From NCBI GenBank assembly GCA_045649795.1, contig JAZRQM010000081.1, forward strand, positions 38,895 to 102,894: a stretch of DNA of 64,000 nucleotides. The letters are read 5' to 3'. Position numbers and translations under genes: made by a program. Within the stretch, counting starts at the first letter, position 1; the number at the start of each line of letters is the position of its first letter. The stretch is from Candidatus Cryptobacteroides sp. GTDB taxonomy: Bacteria > Bacteroidota > Bacteroidia > Bacteroidales > UBA932. Shown piece by piece: positions 1-9,809 of this stretch. A model generated the notes under the pieces. That model searched no databases, had not been told where the DNA came from, and saw nothing but the letters and a program-made list of their open reading frames with translations.

Positions 1-335
1 ATGAATCCGAGCACGACTTCTCCTTCGCATACGAGCTGGTCTGCCGGATTGAAAATCTGAGTCCTGATAACAAGCTTTGCTCTCGGAATCTCATCTATGA
101 CAGATACAATCCTAAGAGTGTCTCCGAGTCTTGCCGGTACCTTATATCGGCACTCAACGGAAACTACTGGAAGCATGACTCCAGCTTCCTCAATCTTCTC
201 TATCGGGAGTCCGAGTTCCTTGAGCATTGCAGTACGTCCACACTCGAAATACCTGATGTAATTCGAGTGATGGACGATACCCATCTGGTCAGTCTCATAG
301 TATCTGACGTCAAGGAAATGCTCATTTTTCAGCAT
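1..335 (-). CDS. Acyl-CoA thioesterase, YbgC/FadM (4HBT hotdog) family; 3' end runs off the window
   Basis: Manual translation from ATG at 335: MLKNEHFLDVRYYETDQMGIVHHSNYIRYFECGR, matching the VRYxETDxMGxVHHxNY family motif. Absent from the ORF track because it is partial. Confidence 0.88.
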   Translation of the reverse strand, partial: MLKNEHFLDVRYYETDQMGIVHHSNYIRYFECGRTAMLKELGLPIEKIEEAGVMLPVVSVECRYKVPARLGDTLRIVSVIDEIPRAKLVIRTQIFNPADQLVCEGEVVLGF

Positions 336-371
336 AACAAAAATGTTAGCAGTATAAACTTCTATGTTTTA

Positions 372-3017
372 CTAGTTGTTTTTCAGGGCATTAAGCGAAG
401 CCGTAATACTTTCGATCTTTGAGAGCGAATCTGCCTCCTTTTTGCGCTCGACTGCTACCACAGCCTCAGGTGCATTGGCTACAAAACGCTCATTTGAGAG
501 CTTCTTGCGCACGCTGTCAAGGAATTTCTGCTGGTAAGCAAGCTCTGCTTCAAGCTTTGCAATCTCCTCCTCGACATTGATAAGACCAGTGAGAGGGATG
601 AACATCTCGACTGTTCTTACCATGAATCTCTGGGCCGCAGACAGATCACCTTCCGCCTCAGAAACAGCAACATTCGCAAGCTTGATCACTACCGGAAGAA
701 CCTCTGCAGGGAATGCACCCTTGATCACGAGGTCAAGAGCCTCTCTTGGAGAAAGGTTCTTGCTCTGACGGATGTTACGGACACCTGCCACAGCCTCGCA
801 AGCCATCTCAAATGCATTGATGAACTCTGCATCGTAAGGCTTTGCCTGAGGGTAACGCTGGTTCATGATAGTCTCGCCTGCCTTGCGCTCTGCCATGTTC
901 TGCCAAAGTTCCTCTGTGATGAACGGCATGATAGGATGGATCATCTTGAGAAGGGCATCGAAGAAGCCGATTGTAGCATCATATGTCTTCCTGTCGATTC
1001 CAGCACCGTATGCAGGCTTCACTGCCTCAAGGTACCATGCGCAGAAATCATCCCAGAAGAGCTTGTAGATAGCCATGAGGGCATCTGAGATACGGAATTT
1101 GCTGAAATGATCCTCTACAGTCTCGATAACCTGGCTGAGCTTGTTGTCAAACCACTTCACCGCTACTGCAGCTGCGTCCGGCTGCTGGGCTGCCTCATCG
1201 ACATTCCATCCTGTTACGAGACGGAATGCATTCCATACCTTATTATTGAAGTTACGTCCCTGCTCGATCTGTGACTCATCATAAAGGATGTCATTTCCTG
1301 CCGAGCTGCAGAGAAGCATACCAAGACGAACTGCGTCCGCACCGTATTTTGCGATGAGGTCGAGCGGATCCGGAGAGTTTCCGAGTGTCTTGGACATCTT
1401 GCGTCCGAGCTTGTCACGAACGATACCTGTAAGGTATACGTTGCGGAACGGAACATCGTTCATGAACTCGTTTCCGGCCATGATCATACGAGCCACCCAG
1501 AAGAAGAGGATATCCGGACCAGTCACGAGGTCATTTGTCGGATAATAGTATGCAAGATCCTTGTTTGGCTCAGCCTCAGGATGTCCGGCCTTGTTTGTGT
1601 CAAACACTGAGATTGGCCAGAGCCATGATGAGAACCATGTATCGAGAACATCCTCGTCCTGACGAAGGTCAGCAGCTGTGATATTTGCATCGATTGCCTG
1701 AGCCTTTACTAAAGCATCGCTTTCATTGGAAGCCACAACCACCTGTCCATCAGGAAGATAATAAGCCGGAATTCGCTGTCCCCACCAAAGCTGACGAGAG
1801 ATACACCAGTCACGTACATTCTCCATCCAATGGCGATATGTATTTCTATATTTATCTGGGATAAGCTTCACAGCACCGCTCTCAACTGACTCGAGGGCAT
1901 CCTTTGCAAGAGCCTCCATCTTGAGGAACCACTGCATTGAAAGCCTTGGCTCGATAACAGCGTTGGTTCTCTCAGAGTATCCGATCGGCGATGTGTAGTC
2001 CTCCATCTTCTCGAGATTTCCAGCTTCCTCAAGCATCTTCACTATCTTCTTGCGCGCATCGAAGCGATCCTCGCCTACAAGGATCTGAGCCTTCTCGTTA
2101 AGACGGCCGTGATCGTCGATGATGTCAAGTACAGGAAGATTGTGACGGTTTCCGATCTCATAGTCATTTACATCATGAGCAGGAGTAACCTTAAGACATC
2201 CTGTTCCGAAATCCATAGCGACATAGCTGTCCTCGATGATAGGAATCTCCTTATTGATCAGAGGAATAAGCACCTTCTGACCCTTGAGCCAATGATAACG
2301 CTCATCATCAGGGTTGATACATACCGCAGCGTCGGCCATGATGGTCTCAGGACGTGTAGTTGCAACAATGATATACTTGTCGGTTGGGTTTCCGTTTCCG
2401 TCAGATACGAAATATCTGAGATGGTAGAACTTGCTGACTGTATCCTTATGTTCTACCTCCTCATCACTTACTGCTGTAAGTCCTACAGGATCCCAGTTCA
2501 CCATGCGCACTCCTCTGTAGATGTATCCCTTCTCATAGAAATACACGAATGTATTGATCACAGCGTCGCTGAGGTCTGGATCCATTGTGAATTTGGTCCT
2601 GTCCCAATCGCATGATGCACCAAGCTTACGGAGCTGGCTGAGGATGATGCCTCCATGCTTCTCCTTCCACTCCCATGCGTGCTCAAGGAACTGCTCGCGG
2701 GTAAGGTCCTCCTTCTTGATTCCCTCTGCAGCAAGCTTCTGCACGACCTTGTTCTCAGTAGCAATAGAGGCATGGTCGGTACCAGGTACCCAGCATGCAT
2801 TCTTACCATCCATTCTTGCCTTGCGGACAAGAACATCATTCAAAGTGTTGTTGAGCACATGGCCCATATGCAGGATACCGGTCACATTTGGTGGCGGAAT
2901 CACTACGGTATAAGGTTCTCTTTCGTCTGGTTCAGAATGGAAAAACTTGTTTTCAAGCCAATAGGCATACCATTTATCCTCCGTCAAGGCAGGATCATAC
3001 TTTGCTGGAAGTTCCAT
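372..3017 (-). CDS. valS: Valine--tRNA ligase
   Basis: [13 protein letters not shown] (HIGH), KMSKT (KMSKS), [11 protein letters not shown] and C-terminal coiled coil. Start set at MELPAKYDP (3017), downstream of a TATATTTG promoter. Confidence 0.97.
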   Translation of the reverse strand: MELPAKYDPALTEDKWYAYWLENKFFHSEPDEREPYTVVIPPPNVTGILHMGHVLNNTLNDVLVRKARMDGKNACWVPGTDHASIATENKVVQKLAAEGIKKEDLTREQFLEHAWEWKEKHGGIILSQLRKLGASCDWDRTKFTMDPDLSDAVINTFVYFYEKGYIYRGVRMVNWDPVGLTAVSDEEVEHKDTVSKFYHLRYFVSDGNGNPTDKYIIVATTRPETIMADAAVCINPDDERYHWLKGQKVLIPLINKEIPIIEDSYVAMDFGTGCLKVTPAHDVNDYEIGNRHNLPVLDIIDDHGRLNEKAQILVGEDRFDARKKIVKMLEEAGNLEKMEDYTSPIGYSERTNAVIEPRLSMQWFLKMEALAKDALESVESGAVKLIPDKYRNTYRHWMENVRDWCISRQLWWGQRIPAYYLPDGQVVVASNESDALVKAQAIDANITAADLRQDEDVLDTWFSSWLWPISVFDTNKAGHPEAEPNKDLAYYYPTNDLVTGPDILFFWVARMIMAGNEFMNDVPFRNVYLTGIVRDKLGRKMSKTLGNSPDPLDLIAKYGADAVRLGMLLCSSAGNDILYDESQIEQGRNFNNKVWNAFRLVTGWNVDEAAQQPDAAAVAVKWFDNKLSQVIETVEDHFSKFRISDALMAIYKLFWDDFCAWYLEAVKPAYGAGIDRKTYDATIGFFDALLKMIHPIMPFITEELWQNMAERKAGETIMNQRYPQAKPYDAEFINAFEMACEAVAGVRNIRQSKNLSPREALDLVIKGAFPAEVLPVVIKLANVAVSEAEGDLSAAQRFMVRTVEMFIPLTGLINVEEEIAKLEAELAYQQKFLDSVRKKLSNERFVANAPEAVVAVERKKEADSLSKIESITASLNALKNN

Positions 3018-3085
3018 ATATAAATCTAATTTATTAATTATCAACTCGTTGCGTCCCGCATCATACAAATTGATGCAAAATCGTA

Positions 3086-3093
3086 CAAATATA
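3086..3093 (-). promoter_or_regulatory. Bacteroidota -7 promoter element for valS
   Basis: TATATTTG on the minus strand matches TAnnTTTG, ~70 nt upstream of the ATG. Confidence 0.6.
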
Positions 3094-3106
3094 GTAAATT
3101 TCCCAC

Positions 3107-3135
3107 AAAAAAAGGAGGCCGCCAGCCTCCTTTTT
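3107..3135. terminator. Intrinsic terminator after the radical SAM gene (bidirectional-looking)
   Basis: AAAAAGGAGGC-CGCCA-GCCTCCTTTTT hairpin with A/T tracts on both sides. Confidence 0.8.
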
Positions 3136-3165
3136 AGTTTATATGAATATGTATTACCGATATGC

Positions 3166-4053
3166 TCAGACTCTAAGCTTAAGACCGGCAAAAATAGTAT
3201 CCGGTCTGAATGAGAATACCGAAGCCATCTCACCCGACATGCAGAATCCGCACTGGTCGCACTTATCTGTACCGTGACCGACACAAAGTCCTCTGCTGCC
3301 ATCAGGATAAATGAAGTTCGTTACCCAACATCTCTTGGTGAACTTATTGGTCTTCATGAGCTTAAGTCCAGATACCGAGTTCATGATAGGATAACCTTTC
3401 TTCTTATACTCGATCACCTTGTCAATGATTGCGGCACGTTCTTCAAATGGAATCGAAAGGTATTCTGTACCTGGGAATGGAGTATGGAAGTTGACCGAAA
3501 TAGACTTGATATGTGGATTATTCTTCACATACTCAAGCGTATTTTCAACATCAGTATGATTGATCGTATTAACCACCATATTGACACTCAGGTCCTTATG
3601 GCCACATCCTGCAATATTCTTCTCAAGTTTTGCAATGGTTCCTTTTCCTCGAACTTCTTCATGGAAATTTATACCGTCGAGGCTGACCCAAATGCTGTCT
3701 GCATGAGATCCGGCAAACGGAAGCTGTGCATTTGTAGTAATTGTGCATGAGAAGAATCCGATCTTCTTGGCAAGATCGATCAGATCATTGATTCTATAAT
3801 CACCATCTTTCCAGATAGTGACCTCACCACCTTCGAAATCGACGAATCGCGAACCCTGATCATAAGAATACTGCAGATGATCGCGCACCTGTTCATATGT
3901 CATGTTATGAGGATTCTTCAGCTCGTATACATTGCAATGCTTACAACGAAGATTACATACATCTGAGATGAAAAGCACAGTCTGCAGAGGGGCTTTTCTT
4001 CCGAACAGCCTTGCTCTGAGGAACCACTGGCCAAGGTAAAACAACTTCTTCAT
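3166..4053 (-). CDS. Radical SAM protein with C-terminal Cys-rich (twitch/SPASM-like) domain
   Basis: CNLRCKHC (CxxxCxxC), FEGGE, ITTN, VSLDG; C-terminal C..C..CDQCGFC. Confidence 0.88.
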   Translation of the reverse strand: MKKLFYLGQWFLRARLFGRKAPLQTVLFISDVCNLRCKHCNVYELKNPHNMTYEQVRDHLQYSYDQGSRFVDFEGGEVTIWKDGDYRINDLIDLAKKIGFFSCTITTNAQLPFAGSHADSIWVSLDGINFHEEVRGKGTIAKLEKNIAGCGHKDLSVNMVVNTINHTDVENTLEYVKNNPHIKSISVNFHTPFPGTEYLSIPFEERAAIIDKVIEYKKKGYPIMNSVSGLKLMKTNKFTKRCWVTNFIYPDGSRGLCVGHGTDKCDQCGFCMSGEMASVFSFRPDTIFAGLKLRV

Positions 4054-4068
4054 ATATATTTATTCTTA

Positions 4069-5061
4069 TTATCCGAAAATCAAACTTACCACAGCAGCAA
4101 TAAGGCAGAAGAACTGTACGATGTTCCTTGCCACAAGCCAGCGTAGCATGAACCAGTCAAGACCAGCTTTACGGAATCTGTCAAAATCTCCCATAGGACC
4201 CATCCACCATTTGGTTACGATAGGAACATCCACATGTGACACAAAGCAGGACAATGACTTGACAAGCCACACCGAAACCGGCAATACAAGTAAAACGGCA
4301 AGATAAGCGATGTGGAGCTGTCCCAATATGACTCCTGCAGTGACAAGGATGTACGGCAACAGGTTCAGCACAGAAGAAAGAGCGAGCATTCCCTTGTCGG
4401 AACCCATCAGATGTGCCATTGTAAATTTGCCCATCTTCTTGTCAGGAACTGCATCCAGAACGGAATGAGTATATACGATATTCGTCACGAGCAGACCTAC
4501 AGCTGCTGAAAGCCATGCAATCTTCGGAGTCACCTCACCTGTAATGGCATAATATACTCCGGTCATCATAAGAGGGCCGAACATTATGAAAATGACCATC
4601 TCTCCAAGACCGCGAAAACCGAGCTTAAGAGGTCCGCCAGAATAAGAGTATCCGATAATGAATCCTACAAGCATCCACCAAAGTATCATCCAACCCCTTA
4701 CAGCGAGAACGATGCAACCCATGACCGCTGCGATTCCAAGGAACACACATACAGCAACAAGAAGCTGTTTTGGAGTCGCCTCACCGGAAGTAAGATATGG
4801 ATATTTGGTCATTCGTCCTCTGAAGCCTTCAGATGCAGCTTTTTTACGAGCCTCACCCGAACCTTTATAATAGTCAAACCAATCATCCAGGAGATTCATG
4901 CCAAGATGGGCGAACATTACGCCCAACACACTTACTATAGCTGCGAGCCAGGAAAAATGTCCGGTGCCGGATGAAAGAGCAACTGCAGTCAAAGCAGGAA
5001 GCATACTCTGCGGAAGGGATATCGGGCGCGCGTTTGTAAACCAGAATTTGAAATTATTCAT
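4069..5061 (-). CDS. UbiA-superfamily prenyltransferase (MenA/UBIAD1-like)
   Basis: N-terminal ARPxSL, NLLDDWFDY Asp-rich motif, YSGGPLKLGFRGLGE, DxxxDKxxGKxT, multiple TM helices. Confidence 0.85.
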   Translation of the reverse strand: MNNFKFWFTNARPISLPQSMLPALTAVALSSGTGHFSWLAAIVSVLGVMFAHLGMNLLDDWFDYYKGSGEARKKAASEGFRGRMTKYPYLTSGEATPKQLLVAVCVFLGIAAVMGCIVLAVRGWMILWWMLVGFIIGYSYSGGPLKLGFRGLGEMVIFIMFGPLMMTGVYYAITGEVTPKIAWLSAAVGLLVTNIVYTHSVLDAVPDKKMGKFTMAHLMGSDKGMLALSSVLNLLPYILVTAGVILGQLHIAYLAVLLVLPVSVWLVKSLSCFVSHVDVPIVTKWWMGPMGDFDRFRKAGLDWFMLRWLVARNIVQFFCLIAAVVSLIFG

Positions 5062-5080
5062 ATAGTTTAATTATATTCTG

Positions 5081-5107
5081 CAAAGTTACGTATTTTGACT
5101 AAATTTG
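5081..5107. promoter_or_regulatory. Back-to-back divergent -7 promoter elements
   Basis: TAACTTTG on - (5081-5088) and TAAATTTG on + (5100-5107) in the 71-bp gap between divergent genes. Confidence 0.6.
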
Positions 5108-5132
5108 CAGAATTCAATATAGAAAATTTGCT

Positions 5133-5441
5133 ATGACAAACGAAAAAGAACTTAAGATCGAACTCAGACCGGAAGTGGCAAAGGGTTCATATTCAAACCT
5201 CGCTATCATCACTCATTCTCATAGCGAGTTCATAATTGATTTCGCTACAATGCTTCCAGGACTCCCTAAACCGGAGGTAGGAAACCGCATCATCATGACT
5301 CCTGAACACGCCAAGAGACTTTTCCTCGCACTTCAGGACAACATCAATAAATACGAGAACCAGCACGGACAGATCACTCTTGCAGGCGAGCCTAAGGCAA
5401 CATTCCCTATGGGCGGCTTCGGCGGAGGCGCAAAATCATAA
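5133..5441 (+). CDS. DUF3467-family protein
   Basis: IELxxEVAxGxYSNLAIITHSxSEFIIDF...RIIMTPEHAKRL pattern typical of this Bacteroidota family. Confidence 0.85.
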   Translation: MTNEKELKIELRPEVAKGSYSNLAIITHSHSEFIIDFATMLPGLPKPEVGNRIIMTPEHAKRLFLALQDNINKYENQHGQITLAGEPKATFPMGGFGGGAKS

Positions 5442-5446
5442 CCATA

Positions 5447-5974
5447 ATGGAAGAAAGATTCAGCAAGATAAGGGCTTTTGCATTTGATGTCGACGGAGTT
5501 CTGACCGATGGCGGCATACTTGCCGACCTGAACGGCGAACTCTATCGTACCTTTGACTCGAAGGATGGCATGGCTATAAGAATGGCCGCAATGAAAGGGT
5601 TTCATATGGCCATCATCACCGGAGGACGTTCTGAAAGCATCCGACAGCGCTTCGAAAGCTGCGGAATCAAGCCTGAAGACGTGTACCTGCGTTCACGCGC
5701 AAAGATCGAAGACTTCGAGGATTTCTGCACCCGACATGGCCTTTCAGCTGAAGAAGTGATGTACTTCGGCGACGACCTTCCTGACATTCCGGTAATGGTC
5801 GCATGCGGATGCGGAGTATGCCCGAGCGACGCTGTGGAGGAGGTCAAGGAAATCGCAGACTTCATCAGCACAAGACCTGGCGGCAAAGGCTGCGCAAGAG
5901 AATTGATCCAGACAGTCCTGAAGGAGCAGGGTAAATGGGAGCTGGATGTGCAGGCTTACAAAAAGCATTTCTAA
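5447..5974 (+). CDS. kdsC: KDO-8-phosphate phosphatase (HAD IIIA, KdsC family)
   Basis: FDVDGVLTDG, FDSKDG, AIITG, GDDLPD, GGKGCARE. Confidence 0.88.
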   Translation: MEERFSKIRAFAFDVDGVLTDGGILADLNGELYRTFDSKDGMAIRMAAMKGFHMAIITGGRSESIRQRFESCGIKPEDVYLRSRAKIEDFEDFCTRHGLSAEEVMYFGDDLPDIPVMVACGCGVCPSDAVEEVKEIADFISTRPGGKGCARELIQTVLKEQGKWELDVQAYKKHF

Positions 5975-6062
5975 GCTGTTTTCACCCGGATTTCGCCACA
6001 CTTCAAAACATTTTCACCACATATCCGACATAATCACAACGAATCGGAATTTTTTACGGCAT

Positions 6063-6092
6063 TGCCTGCTGCGGATTGCAGCAGGTATTTTT
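6063..6092 (+). terminator. Intrinsic terminator after kdsC
   Basis: TGCCTGCTGC-GGATT-GCAGCAGGTA followed by TTTTT. Confidence 0.65.
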
Positions 6093-6123
6093 ATTGATAT
6101 ACCTTTGCCGTAAACAAGTGGTT

Positions 6124-6957
6124 ATGAAATTTGAAAATGCAAACGTATTGATTACCGGAGGAGCATCCGGAATCGGAAAGATCATGGGCCGCATGGCTCT
6201 TGAGAAGGGGGCGGCATGCCTCATCATCTGGGACATCAACCCGCAGAACATCGCAGCTGCAGTAAGCGAACTGAGCAAGATAGGAAAAGTAAAAGGATAT
6301 ATAGTGGATGTATCGCGCAACGAGTTGGTTGTAGAGGGTCATAACAAGGTGGTAAGCGAATGCGGCGAAGTCGACATACTGATCAACTGTGCCGGCATCA
6401 TCACCAGCAACAAGACATTCGACCAACAGACAGCAGATGAAATCGTGCGCACGATCAACATCAACACCATCGCCCCTATGTTCGTGACAAGGGCTATGCT
6501 CCCCGGCATGATCAAGCGAAACAGAGGACATGTATGCAATATCGCATCTGCCGGAGGAATGCTTTCAAATCCGAAGATGTCCGTATACGCAGCAAGCAAA
6601 TGGGGTGCGATCGGCTGGTCCGATTCAGTCCGCATCGAGTTGCAGGATATGAAGAGCGATGTACATTTCACCACAGTCGCACCATACTATATAAATACCG
6701 GCATGTTCGACGGCGTAAAGTCCAGAATCATCCCTATCCTGAAGCCCGAATATGTATGCAAGAGAATCATCAAGGCTATCGAGAAGAACAAGTCTTTCCG
6801 AGGCATACCTTTCGGATTCCACTTCATCCGTTTCTGGCAGTTCATCCTTCCGACGAGATTATTCGACTGGCTCTTCGGCGAAGTCATGGGAATTTACCAT
6901 ACAATGGACAACTTCACCGGCAGGAAGCCGGCATCAGCAGCCACAAAAACCGCTTAA
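6124..6957 (+). CDS. Short-chain dehydrogenase/reductase (17beta-HSD11/retinol dehydrogenase-like)
   Basis: TGGASGIG, INCAG, YAASK. Start at MKFEN (6124), after TACCTTTG promoter at 6100-6107. Confidence 0.9.
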   Translation: MKFENANVLITGGASGIGKIMGRMALEKGAACLIIWDINPQNIAAAVSELSKIGKVKGYIVDVSRNELVVEGHNKVVSECGEVDILINCAGIITSNKTFDQQTADEIVRTININTIAPMFVTRAMLPGMIKRNRGHVCNIASAGGMLSNPKMSVYAASKWGAIGWSDSVRIELQDMKSDVHFTTVAPYYINTGMFDGVKSRIIPILKPEYVCKRIIKAIEKNKSFRGIPFGFHFIRFWQFILPTRLFDWLFGEVMGIYHTMDNFTGRKPASAATKTA

Positions 6958-6960
6958 TGG

Positions 6961-7075
6961 AAGTGATGTACCAAGATTCTCAGATTATATGGTACATCAC
7001 TCCTCTTTTATGTACAATTTCAATGAAAATCGGTACCGATGTACCAAGAAAATGACTATTTTTGGTACATCACTT
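6961..7075. repeat. 115-bp element with 14-bp terminal inverted repeats, made of two related palindromes (REP-pair or MITE-like)
   Basis: AAGTGATGTACCAA (6961-6974) and TTGGTACATCACTT (7062-7075); internal arms TGGTACATCACT (6990-7001) and GATGTACCAA (7038-7047). Confidence 0.75.
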
Positions 7076-7087
7076 TTTATAAGGACA

Positions 7088-8515
7088 ATGGAAAACACAG
7101 CAACAGATAAAATAATCAGCATTCATCAGGCACAGAAGGAATATTTCCGCTCAGGAGAGACCTTATGCGTATGCTTCCGCAAGAAGATGCTCAAGAAGCT
7201 GCTTGGGGCCATGGAAAAATGGGAGTCAAAGCTTGCAGATGCTCTTTGGGCTGACCTTCACAAATCATATGAAGAAGCATATCTTACTGAGATCAGCATA
7301 GTGACAGGAGAGATCAGGAACCACATCCGCAATGTCGGCAAGTGGGCACGTAGAAGGCGCGCGCATAGTCCGTTAAAACTTTTTCCTTCAAGGAGTTATG
7401 TAGTCAAGGAGCCTCTTGGAAATGCCCTCATAGTATCGCCATGGAACTATCCCGTGCAGCTTCTTCTCAACCCGCTTGTCGGAGCGATTTCTTCAGGATG
7501 TACTGCTGTCCTGAAGCCTTCGCCATACGTACCTACAGTTTCAAAAGTCATTGAGGAAATGATAGCCGAGACCTTCGAAGAAAGGTACATAGCAGTAGTA
7601 CAGGGAAACCGCCATGTGAATGCAGCCCTTTTCGAGCAGAGATGGGACATGATATTCTTCACAGGCAGCCCGGCTCTTGCAAAGACAGTCATGGAGGCAG
7701 CTGCTAAGAACCTCACTCCAGTAGTTCTGGAGCTCGGCGGAAAGAGTCCATGCATCATCGACAAGGCAGCGGACATCGCGGTTGCTGCAAAAAGAATCGC
7801 CTGGGGAAAGACGCTCAACAGCGGCCAGACATGCATCGCACCGGACTACATCCTGATACATAAGGACGTAAAGGATGCATTTGTCAAGGCATTCGCTGCA
7901 GAGGTACGCAATCTTCATGGCGAAGACATCATGGCTGACAGGCATTATGTACGCATGGTAAACGACAAGGCATTCGAGAGAGTGACAGGATATTTCAAGG
8001 ACGGAGACATAATTTATGGAGGCCGCACGGACGCACAGAGCAGGTTCATAGAGCCGACTCTGATCGAAAACGTAGCCCTCGACTCCCCTCTCATGACAGA
8101 AGAAATCTTCGGTCCAGTCTTCCCGGTAATCACAATTGATGACAATGGCGCAATCCTCTCCCCTTGTCATCCTGAGCGAAGCGAAGGATCTTTCCTCCAG
8201 AGCGTCATCACCTTCGTCACATCCCGTGAGAAGCCACTCGCCTTCTACTACTTCGGCAAGGAATCCGACGGCTGGGATGTAATCCGCAGGACATCATCCG
8301 GTGGCGGCTGCATCAACGACGTTATCATGCACATCGCCAACGAAAACGTTCCGTTCGGAGGAGTCGGCAATTCCGGAATGGGCCGTTACCATGACAAAGA
8401 CAGCTTCGAGGCATTCAGCCACACCAGAAGCATCATCGCAACAGGCACATGGATCGACCTCCCGTTCCGCTACATGCCATACAAGATGTTCGGGCTGGTA
8501 AAAAAGATTCTCTGA
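7088..8515 (+). CDS. Aldehyde dehydrogenase (ALDH3/YwdH-like)
   Basis: SPWNYP, LKPS, FFTGS, LELGGKSP, GQTCIAPDY, EEIFGP, PFGGVGNSGMG. Start at MENTATDK (7088). Confidence 0.93.
   Translation: MENTATDKIISIHQAQKEYFRSGETLCVCFRKKMLKKLLGAMEKWESKLADALWADLHKSYEEAYLTEISIVTGEIRNHIRNVGKWARRRRAHSPLKLFPSRSYVVKEPLGNALIVSPWNYPVQLLLNPLVGAISSGCTAVLKPSPYVPTVSKVIEEMIAETFEERYIAVVQGNRHVNAALFEQRWDMIFFTGSPALAKTVMEAAAKNLTPVVLELGGKSPCIIDKAADIAVAAKRIAWGKTLNSGQTCIAPDYILIHKDVKDAFVKAFAAEVRNLHGEDIMADRHYVRMVNDKAFERVTGYFKDGDIIYGGRTDAQSRFIEPTLIENVALDSPLMTEEIFGPVFPVITIDDNGAILSPCHPERSEGSFLQSVITFVTSREKPLAFYYFGKESDGWDVIRRTSSGGGCINDVIMHIANENVPFGGVGNSGMGRYHDKDSFEAFSHTRSIIATGTWIDLPFRYMPYKMFGLVKKIL
8165..8191 (+). repeat. GTC-tagged short palindromic repeat inserted in-frame in the ALDH gene
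   Basis: TGTCATCCTGAGCGAAGCGAAGGATCT (ATCCT...AGGAT stem), read as CHPERSEGS in a loop normally shorter in ALDHs. Confidence 0.75.
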
Positions 8516-8558
8516 GTTTTTGTTTATATTCGCGGATTATTTCAGAAATAGTCTTGCT

Positions 8559-9140
8559 ATGGACATAAAAGACAAAAGAATCATTTTAGGCAGCAATTCG
8601 CCCAGAAGGAAAGAACTTCTGGCTGGACTGGACATAGTTTTCGAGGTAGATACAAGGAATGATTTCGAGGAGGTTTACTCACCTGAGACTCCACATGACA
8701 AGATTCCTGAGGTCCTTTCCGAAGGCAAGTCATATGGTTTCCACAGACCTCTTGCAAATGACGAGATACTCATCACGTCAGATACTCTGGTACTCTGTGG
8801 CGACCGCGTCATGGGAAAGCCGCATTCGCGCGAAGAAGCGATCGACATGCTCCGCTTCCTCTCAGGCAGAGAACATAAGGTCATCACGGCTGTCACCCTC
8901 AGAGACAGCAAGACTTGCCTTACTTCAAGTGATACTGCATATGTCTATTTTAAAGATTTGACTAACAACGAGATAGAGTATTACGTAGATACATATAAAC
9001 CATTCGACAAAGCAGGGGCATACGGCATCCAGGAATGGATCGGCTACATGGGAATCGGCAGGATCGAAGGCTCATATTTCACCATCATGGGCCTTCCTGT
9101 ACACCTCGTATATCAGGAACTTCTCAAATTCATCGGATAA
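8559..9140 (+). CDS. maf: Maf-family nucleoside triphosphate pyrophosphatase
   Basis: IILGSNSPRRKELL, SDTLV, GKP, DKAGAYGIQ, IEGSYFTIMGLP. Confidence 0.92.
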   Translation: MDIKDKRIILGSNSPRRKELLAGLDIVFEVDTRNDFEEVYSPETPHDKIPEVLSEGKSYGFHRPLANDEILITSDTLVLCGDRVMGKPHSREEAIDMLRFLSGREHKVITAVTLRDSKTCLTSSDTAYVYFKDLTNNEIEYYVDTYKPFDKAGAYGIQEWIGYMGIGRIEGSYFTIMGLPVHLVYQELLKFIG

Positions 9141-9142
9141 TC

Positions 9143-9802
9143 ATGAAGATCGATTTCCATAGCCATATCCTCCCCGGCATTGACGACGGAGCCACAGACC
9201 TTGAAAATGCAGACGAACTTGTTTCTGCGATGCAGAAATGGGGATTTGAACGTATAACATGTACTCCACATATCACGAATAAATTCAGGAACAACCCTGA
9301 AACGATACGCCCCGTTTTCGAAATGCTGCAGAACGCATTGCATGAACGTGGAGTAAACGTTGAGCTCAGGATGTCTGCCGAGTATCGTCTTGTGCCGGAG
9401 ACATGGCCGGAAGTGCTTGAAAAGAACTGGCTTATGCCGATCGAGGACCGCTTCATACTTATGGAACTGCCTATCTTCGACCCTTCAGATATCAAGGACA
9501 TCAAGCCGATCGAGGAATTCAAGAAGATAAAGGCTATGGGTCTGACTCCTCTGCTTCCGCATCCGGAAAGGTATTCTTATCTCTCGCATGATGAATTGTT
9601 GAGATTTGTTGATGCTGGAGTTGTGATTCAGTCAAACTATGGTTCTTTAGCAGGAGTCTATGGCGACGAAGCCAAGCAAAGGGCTCAAGATCTCATGGAT
9701 GAGGGTCTAGTATCCATCCTCGCCACCGACATGCATAACATGCACTATATCAAGACCATAGGAGCATGGCTTTCCGAAGGCAACGCCCTCATGGACTTCT
9801 AG
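9143..9802 (+). CDS. PHP-family tyrosine-protein phosphatase (CpsB/CapC/YwqE-like)
   Basis: DFHSHILPGIDDGA, TPH, HPERY, ATDMH. Start at MKIDF (9143). Confidence 0.88.
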   Translation: MKIDFHSHILPGIDDGATDLENADELVSAMQKWGFERITCTPHITNKFRNNPETIRPVFEMLQNALHERGVNVELRMSAEYRLVPETWPEVLEKNWLMPIEDRFILMELPIFDPSDIKDIKPIEEFKKIKAMGLTPLLPHPERYSYLSHDELLRFVDAGVVIQSNYGSLAGVYGDEAKQRAQDLMDEGLVSILATDMHNMHYIKTIGAWLSEGNALMDF

Positions 9803-9809
9803 TATGTAC

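Noticed and set aside
3018-3302. N-terminal extension of ValS in the ORF track
   Set aside because: Crosses a promoter, a terminator and the radical SAM gene; family similarity begins at MELPAKY.
6961-7075. Mini-CRISPR interpretation of the repeated GATGTACCA units
   Set aside because: Units are inverted, short and only two hairpins; no spacer-repeat periodicity or cas genes.
6752-7087. N-terminal extension of ALDH (possible fusion or frameshift with the SDR)
   Set aside because: Overlaps the SDR in another frame and reads through the palindromic element; ALDH similarity starts at 7088.
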